Part shown: positions 16,197-21,375 of the stretch, in pieces | Numbering within the stretch: position 1 is the first letter of the stretch | Layout of the letters: each line of letters starts with the position of its first letter | Source of the DNA: Candidatus Micrarchaeota archaeon | GTDB lineage: Archaea > Micrarchaeota > Micrarchaeia > Anstonellales > Bilamarchaeaceae | Length of the DNA: 21,375 nucleotides | Assembly (NCBI GenBank): GCA_038046805.1 | Contig: JBBSVO010000002.1 | Location: 147,945-169,319, forward strand | Direction: 5' to 3' | Position numbers and translations under genes: made by a program | The notes under the pieces: model-generated | What the model saw: the letters and a program-made list of their open reading frames with translations, nothing else | The model's database searches: none | What the model was told of the DNA's origin: nothing

Positions 16197-19100
16197 ATGA
16201 CAGACATGGGGGACAAAACGACAGTATCCATTGCATCGCGTGCTTCATTCGTATTGCTCGTGCTTTTAGTGTTATTTATCCCGCTCTTTGCGCAAGGTTC
16301 GTGCGCCTCCAACACCAACCTCCAGCCAACCCAATTATTCACGGAAGTCACCTCCAAGACCGGAATTGCGCAGGCTTCGCTCACATACGAGAATTTTTCC
16401 ACAAGCCCGCCAAGAAAGCCGGTTAATTATGCTCCGCTCGTTGTCCATATATATAATGATACCTGGGATGGAAGCGTAGTTCGTTTCTATACCAATTTTG
16501 AGGGGGATGCAGCACTTGATTTGAACAAGTATGTTCCGAGCACAGAAGGGGGTTGTTATTCTGTTGATTTCATATTCTGCAGTCCGTATGAATACGACCT
16601 GTGGCAATGCCTCGAATCTGGCGGGATAAGCTCCACGCTTCTTCAGCCATACTTTGATTCAGCAACTTCATCCGGAGTAGTAAACAGCAAGATGTATGCT
16701 ATTGCACATATTCCTTCCGATTTAACTCTTTTTTCTGATTCACTGAAGCCGTGGATTGCAGGTCAACTATCCTCAGAAGGGTATAGTCAGATGGCTCCGC
16801 TTAATTTGAAAACCATTTCCGATACCCAGCAATACTGTCCGATTCCAGAAAAACCTGCCGCGCCTTCGCTTGGATTTTGCTTCCCCTTAATCCTTATATT
16901 CGCTCTGCTCGGTGCTGGGATGTTTATGAAAGGTCAGAATCCGTTTGGCGGATTTGATTTTTCCACTCCAAGAATGGGAAAAATGCACGCTAGATATGGG
17001 GGGGCGAGAGGAAGGGGTGCGTTCTTTGATGTCGCCGGCGCTTATTCAAGCGTAAAAGGAGCAATTGCAGAGGGGAAAAGCGATCTTGGAGCCATAAAAG
17101 AGGAAAAAAGTTTCTGGAAAGCGAGCGGAAAGACGTTCAAAAGTGATTTGAAGGCTTCTTACGCAGGTATAACGGCATCTAAAAAAGACCTGGCCGATGC
17201 CAAAAAAAGCGATGCCTCTGCTTCGGTTGCCTCTGCGGCAATGGCAAAGCTCGGTCTTTCCGGTGGTGGTGGGAGAAGAAAATTGCAACTTTTCGGGCTT
17301 GAGCGCGTTACCGGTGCTGATGGGATTGTAGCAAGAGCAAGAACAATGAGAAGCAATATCGAGGGCGTAAAAAAACAGTCAGAGTCACAGGTTGGAGGTT
17401 TCAAACAGGTTTTTGGAACGATTGCTGCATCCGTTATCGGGCGGACGGAATTAGGGCTGGTCCGCAGCGAAGAGAAATTAAAACAGGATTTCACAAGCCA
17501 TAAAGGCGGGGTTGCTGGTGCAATAAAGGATGTCAGCGCGCTGTTTGGCGAATTAAAAACCCCAATATTTAGTCTTGAAGATACGTCTAAATCCAAAGAA
17601 TCCGGTCTATTAGGAGTAGATATGAAACTTAATGTTGATGATAAAGTCGGATCTCTTTTAGGAATTAAAAACGATGCAAAAGCTCCTACATATTCTTTAA
17701 CCAATAAGAAACTTGATGACGGGGGAGCGCTTAAAGAAATGGCGTTTAATCCAATGTTCAAACCATTGTTTATGCTTAATGTTCAGGTTGTCAGAGATGG
17801 AATGCAGTTTTCATTAGGTAGCAAAATAGACGTGTATGGAAAATTTGACTCAAAGGGAAATCTTATAGTACAAGACGGGCGAAGCGGGGAAGAAGTCACC
17901 CTGTACAAGCGCGATGAAAACGGAAATCTTGTTTTCAACAAGGGCGCGGTCAAAAAAGGCTGGGATGAGGGGAAGGCCGCAAAGGCTCTTGGAGCAATAG
18001 ATGAAAAAGCAGCAAGTGCAATGCATACGCTTTTGATTGATGCAAGGGAAAGACAGAAAGATGCAGGAGAAAAATTTGTGTCAGCGGCATCCGAAACCGG
18101 GGGACTGCTTGAAAACCTGAAGAAAACTGTCGGCAAGCTCAAGGATGATGTGCATACGGCCGAAGATGCGGCCATATCTGCACGTCCGCTTGCAAGACTG
18201 CTTGAGAAGGTCGATTCAAATAAAGATAAGTTGTCAAACCTTGAGGCAGAACAAAAATCAGTTGAAAGCAGGTTGAAACAAAAGGGCTTATCAATTGAAG
18301 AAAAAAGCGAACTGAAAGCACATTCACTGGTTGTTGCAGCAGAGATTTCCAGTGCAAAGATTACTGTTGCTGGAGACGACAACGACCTTAAGAGATTCGG
18401 AGGTTACAATGCAGTTAAGGCAACAGTTACTGCCACCTCGCTTAATTACAACTTAGCTCAAGAGAAACTTGCAGAAACCAAATCGCTTATCTCAGGGTTT
18501 GAAACAGGTTCTATGCTTAATGATCCCGCGCTTCTCAAAAAAGTTATAACCGGTGAGGTGCCCGCAAGCCAGGAAATCCGCAAGGCAGCAGTAGAATACC
18601 TTGCAACAGGCGCAATTGTAGAAGTTGCGGAATCAAGGGCAAGGCCACTTGTAATGTTCTCACGAGATCTTCAGGATGGACATTCCACTTCGGAAAGCTT
18701 AACTGCCAGTGCGGATGCGCTGCAGTCTTTCAACTCCACGCAGGCGCGTGCGGCATCGGCTGTTGTGGCATATGAAAATGCAGAAACAATGCGCGGGGCA
18801 GTCGGAATAATGGAAAAAGCCACTGTGTCTATGAGCGGGCCTCAGAAAGAAAAGGCGGAAAAAGACATAAAAACTGCAAAAGAAAGCACTTCGGCTCTTA
18901 GTGCAAATGCAATCGGAGAATTGTATGCTGCCTCAGCTGTGGGGCAACGAACCGGGCTTGCCTCGCAGGTTGCGTTGGAGCATTATCTTTTTGCCAAAGA
19001 ATCTGCCACTTCGCGTTCTGTAGGAGAGCTTATGACTGATAAGGAAAAGGAGATTGTTGCAGCAAAAGAAGCCGAATTTGCAACAGCATTGGCATTTCTT

Positions 19101-21375
19101 GCTCCAAAAGCCCCATCTCCCGAAGCCGCACCCCCTGTAAAACTTGATGGCTTCAAATATATTGATGATATCCAGCGCAGCATGCCGAATTTAAAAGAAA
19201 ACGAAGGCAATCTTGCCCTTGAGGCTGCCAAGGCATCATTTGAATCAGGTGCACTTGGACATATATCTGAACATCTCGAATCTGCTACTGAAGGCCTGCG
19301 CGAGCTTAAGCGAGAAGGAAAAGAAGGTTCTGCCCCGGTAAGACTTGAAAAGGGACTCGAAACTGCACAAGCTACTTTTGTTGGACTCAGGGAGGCAAAA
19401 ACATTGGACGCTGCAATGGAAAAAGCAGGAGCAGCAGATATAGGTGTGCAGCTGGCTTCTCTTGGTGGAAAGAGCGTAGTGCCTCTTCCACAGATTCAGT
19501 TTAATCTTGAGAGAATGGCAGAATTACGGGCATCGCTGGACACTTCTGAAAAGCAAGTGCATGAACTTGCTGAGAAAAAGCTTGAGCTGGAAAAGAAGAT
19601 TGTTGGAGAGGAGGTCAGGGAGTTTGATGCAGGGCGGCTTGCGGCTCTTGAGAAAAAACCAGAGGAAAAACTATCCGAAGGCGAAAGAAAAGAACTGGTT
19701 ATTCTGCGCACTCAGAGTGAATTACAGGCCATTTCCTACAAGCAAAAAGAGATTGAAGCTGATGTCAAAGTTGCCAGCAGGGACTATGAAACCAATAAAA
19801 CTGCTTACGATGCTTCTGTGGATGTCATAAGATCTTTAAAAGATTTGACTACTTCTGCGCGTGATTCCGAGCATCTGAAAACCGAGGCGGATAAAGCAAA
19901 GGTTGTCGAATGGGTGGAGAAGATTGTTGGAACCGTAAAAGAAGAAGGAAAGCAGTCAGAGGCCGCGGGAGATGTAAACGCCACTTCCGCAGCCGCAAAG
20001 GCATTGACCCAGGTTCTTTCAGGCCAAAATCTTGACAACCTGTCCGATGAGCAGAAGAAGCAGCATTTTGAGAATGTAAAGAAAATTTTGGATGCGGTTC
20101 CGCAAGCGCAAACAATTCCCGCAGCTCCTCTCAAAGAGCCAGAAAAACCGGTACCGCTTCCTGCCAGTGCGACAAAAGAAGAAAAAGCACAATTCGCGGA
20201 ATTACAAAAAACATACGAAGCCGAGCATCAGAAATATGAAGAAGCAAAACCAGAACTCAAGCTCTCAAAGCAGGAATACGATGCTGCCAGCCAGAAATAC
20301 GAAACAGCAAAGCAGGAAGCAGTGGAAAAATTGCAATCATCCCAACCTGTAGTTCAGGCAATTGCAGATATCCATAATCTCACAGTAAGGGTTTCAACAG
20401 AAGAGCCGGAAAGGCTCAAACTCATCCAGGAAACCGGAACCAGATACGCTGCGGCAGTAGAAAAAGGAGATACGCAGGCAATGGCTTCAGAAGCTTCATT
20501 AATATATACTAGTGTGCAGCTTTCTTCTTCCCAGCATAGAGAACAATATCTTGTTTTGGCCAAAGCCCCTGAAGCCGAGCTCCAGCAATGGGCTGAGAGG
20601 CATAGTGGTACGATAGAGAAAAGCAGTGCGGCATACAGTGCATACCAGCAATACGTTGCAGCAGTTGAAAAAGGAGTGCAGGATGCGCCAGACCAGTACG
20701 GATTAACAGCAAAGAATCGTTTCATTGATGCGGTCTCCCAATACGTTGATGATAAAGCAGTTAATGGATTTGTTAAAGAGCAGTATGTGAGGCAATGGAC
20801 CGCAGGCCCCCATGGCCAGGAAATGATGCAGAATGTTCCAGAGCTAAAGGCAGCATACCAATCCTTTCAATCAAGGCCAACAAGGGATACCGAGTATGAA
20901 AAGCACACAGATGATTTATACAGGGCAATCCATACAGCAGACCAGCCATTCCGCGAACAGCGTCAGCAGGAGGTTTTCAAATCCACTCCGACAGAAGAGC
21001 TGAGACAGTTCGGAGACAGTCATAAAGACGATTTCAAAGGAGATTCAGAGCTGGAGAGGGCGCACAGGGATTTTGAAACCCATTCAAGGGCAGCAGATGC
21101 ATCTGGGCAGAATCTGGCAGATAGACTGTCAAAAGCAATGGGAACAGATGTTTCACCGGATAGAATCCATGAATTGGAAAGAACCAATCCAGAGCTGTTT
21201 GAAAAACCAAAGATAAGGGAGGCACACGAATTGTATGACAAAGCAATAACAAAGGCAGAGCAAGCCAATCAGAACTTCATCAGCGCAGTCTCCGAATCCG
21301 CAAATCCAATAATAAAGTCTGCAGTCTCGGACCATGTTGAAAGAGCATTGAGAACAGCAGAGCAAACCCAAGTCA
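16197..21375 (+). CDS. giant single-pass membrane protein, >1,726 aa, truncated by the window end (not in the ORF track)
   Basis: Hand translation from ATG 16197 (16206 is an alternative) met no stop to base 21375. Signal peptide FVLLVLLVLFIPLFA, ~190-aa Cys-containing domain, TM helix FCFPLILIFALLGAGMFM (~16875-16928), basic juxtamembrane segment, then a very long Ala/Glu/Lys-rich helical region. Confidence 0.88.
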   Translation, partial: MTDMGDKTTVSIASRASFVLLVLLVLFIPLFAQGSCASNTNLQPTQLFTEVTSKTGIAQASLTYENFSTSPPRKPVNYAPLVVHIYNDTWDGSVVRFYTNFEGDAALDLNKYVPSTEGGCYSVDFIFCSPYEYDLWQCLESGGISSTLLQPYFDSATSSGVVNSKMYAIAHIPSDLTLFSDSLKPWIAGQLSSEGYSQMAPLNLKTISDTQQYCPIPEKPAAPSLGFCFPLILIFALLGAGMFMKGQNPFGGFDFSTPRMGKMHARYGGARGRGAFFDVAGAYSSVKGAIAEGKSDLGAIKEEKSFWKASGKTFKSDLKASYAGITASKKDLADAKKSDASASVASAAMAKLGLSGGGGRRKLQLFGLERVTGADGIVARARTMRSNIEGVKKQSESQVGGFKQVFGTIAASVIGRTELGLVRSEEKLKQDFTSHKGGVAGAIKDVSALFGELKTPIFSLEDTSKSKESGLLGVDMKLNVDDKVGSLLGIKNDAKAPTYSLTNKKLDDGGALKEMAFNPMFKPLFMLNVQVVRDGMQFSLGSKIDVYGKFDSKGNLIVQDGRSGEEVTLYKRDENGNLVFNKGAVKKGWDEGKAAKALGAIDEKAASAMHTLLIDARERQKDAGEKFVSAASETGGLLENLKKTVGKLKDDVHTAEDAAISARPLARLLEKVDSNKDKLSNLEAEQKSVESRLKQKGLSIEEKSELKAHSLVVAAEISSAKITVAGDDNDLKRFGGYNAVKATVTATSLNYNLAQEKLAETKSLISGFETGSMLNDPALLKKVITGEVPASQEIRKAAVEYLATGAIVEVAESRARPLVMFSRDLQDGHSTSESLTASADALQSFNSTQARAASAVVAYENAETMRGAVGIMEKATVSMSGPQKEKAEKDIKTAKESTSALSANAIGELYAASAVGQRTGLASQVALEHYLFAKESATSRSVGELMTDKEKEIVAAKEAEFATALAFLAPKAPSPEAAPPVKLDGFKYIDDIQRSMPNLKENEGNLALEAAKASFESGALGHISEHLESATEGLRELKREGKEGSAPVRLEKGLETAQATFVGLREAKTLDAAMEKAGAADIGVQLASLGGKSVVPLPQIQFNLERMAELRASLDTSEKQVHELAEKKLELEKKIVGEEVREFDAGRLAALEKKPEEKLSEGERKELVILRTQSELQAISYKQKEIEADVKVASRDYETNKTAYDASVDVIRSLKDLTTSARDSEHLKTEADKAKVVEWVEKIVGTVKEEGKQSEAAGDVNATSAAAKALTQVLSGQNLDNLSDEQKKQHFENVKKILDAVPQAQTIPAAPLKEPEKPVPLPASATKEEKAQFAELQKTYEAEHQKYEEAKPELKLSKQEYDAASQKYETAKQEAVEKLQSSQPVVQAIADIHNLTVRVSTEEPERLKLIQETGTRYAAAVEKGDTQAMASEASLIYTSVQLSSSQHREQYLVLAKAPEAELQQWAERHSGTIEKSSAAYSAYQQYVAAVEKGVQDAPDQYGLTAKNRFIDAVSQYVDDKAVNGFVKEQYVRQWTAGPHGQEMMQNVPELKAAYQSFQSRPTRDTEYEKHTDDLYRAIHTADQPFREQRQQEVFKSTPTEELRQFGDSHKDDFKGDSELERAHRDFETHSRAADASGQNLADRLSKAMGTDVSPDRIHELERTNPELFEKPKIREAHELYDKAITKAEQANQNFISAVSESANPIIKSAVSDHVERALRTAEQTQV

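Noticed and set aside
16136..21371. Many short ORFs in the track (e.g. 17159..17761 -, 17783..18382 -, 19507..19830 +, 20354..20725 -)
   Set aside because: They are antisense or out-of-frame shadows of the giant + strand ORF from 16197. Their Ser/Phe/Leu-rich composition is what the reverse complement of Glu/Lys/Ala codons gives.

Overview
Archaeal chromosomal window, most consistent with a DPANN lineage such as Micrarchaeota. That placement is an inference from TATA-box/leaderless starts, GGTGA-type Shine-Dalgarno sites and gene content. The left 5 kb holds an HExxH metallopeptidase, an AT-rich segment with an archaeal AAA+/wHTH ATPase behind a perfect 18-bp palindrome, a splicing-endonuclease-fold protein lacking most catalytic residues, a bPH_2 membrane protein, RNase HI, and an apparently orphan SPPY-type DNA methyltransferase carrying an in-frame multi-hairpin insertion. 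The remaining 16 kb is one co-directional, tightly packed cluster. It has six divergent paralogous multi-pass membrane proteins whose shared motifs resemble CedA/VirB6-type channel proteins, then a ~1,220-aa Cys-rich lipoprotein-like surface protein, then a giant (>1,726 aa) single-pass membrane protein that runs off the window and is absent from the supplied ORF track. This cluster is the best candidate for a little-characterised envelope-spanning transfer or host-contact machine. No rRNA, tRNA, CRISPR array or transposase was seen. All family assignments come from motif recognition, not database searches.
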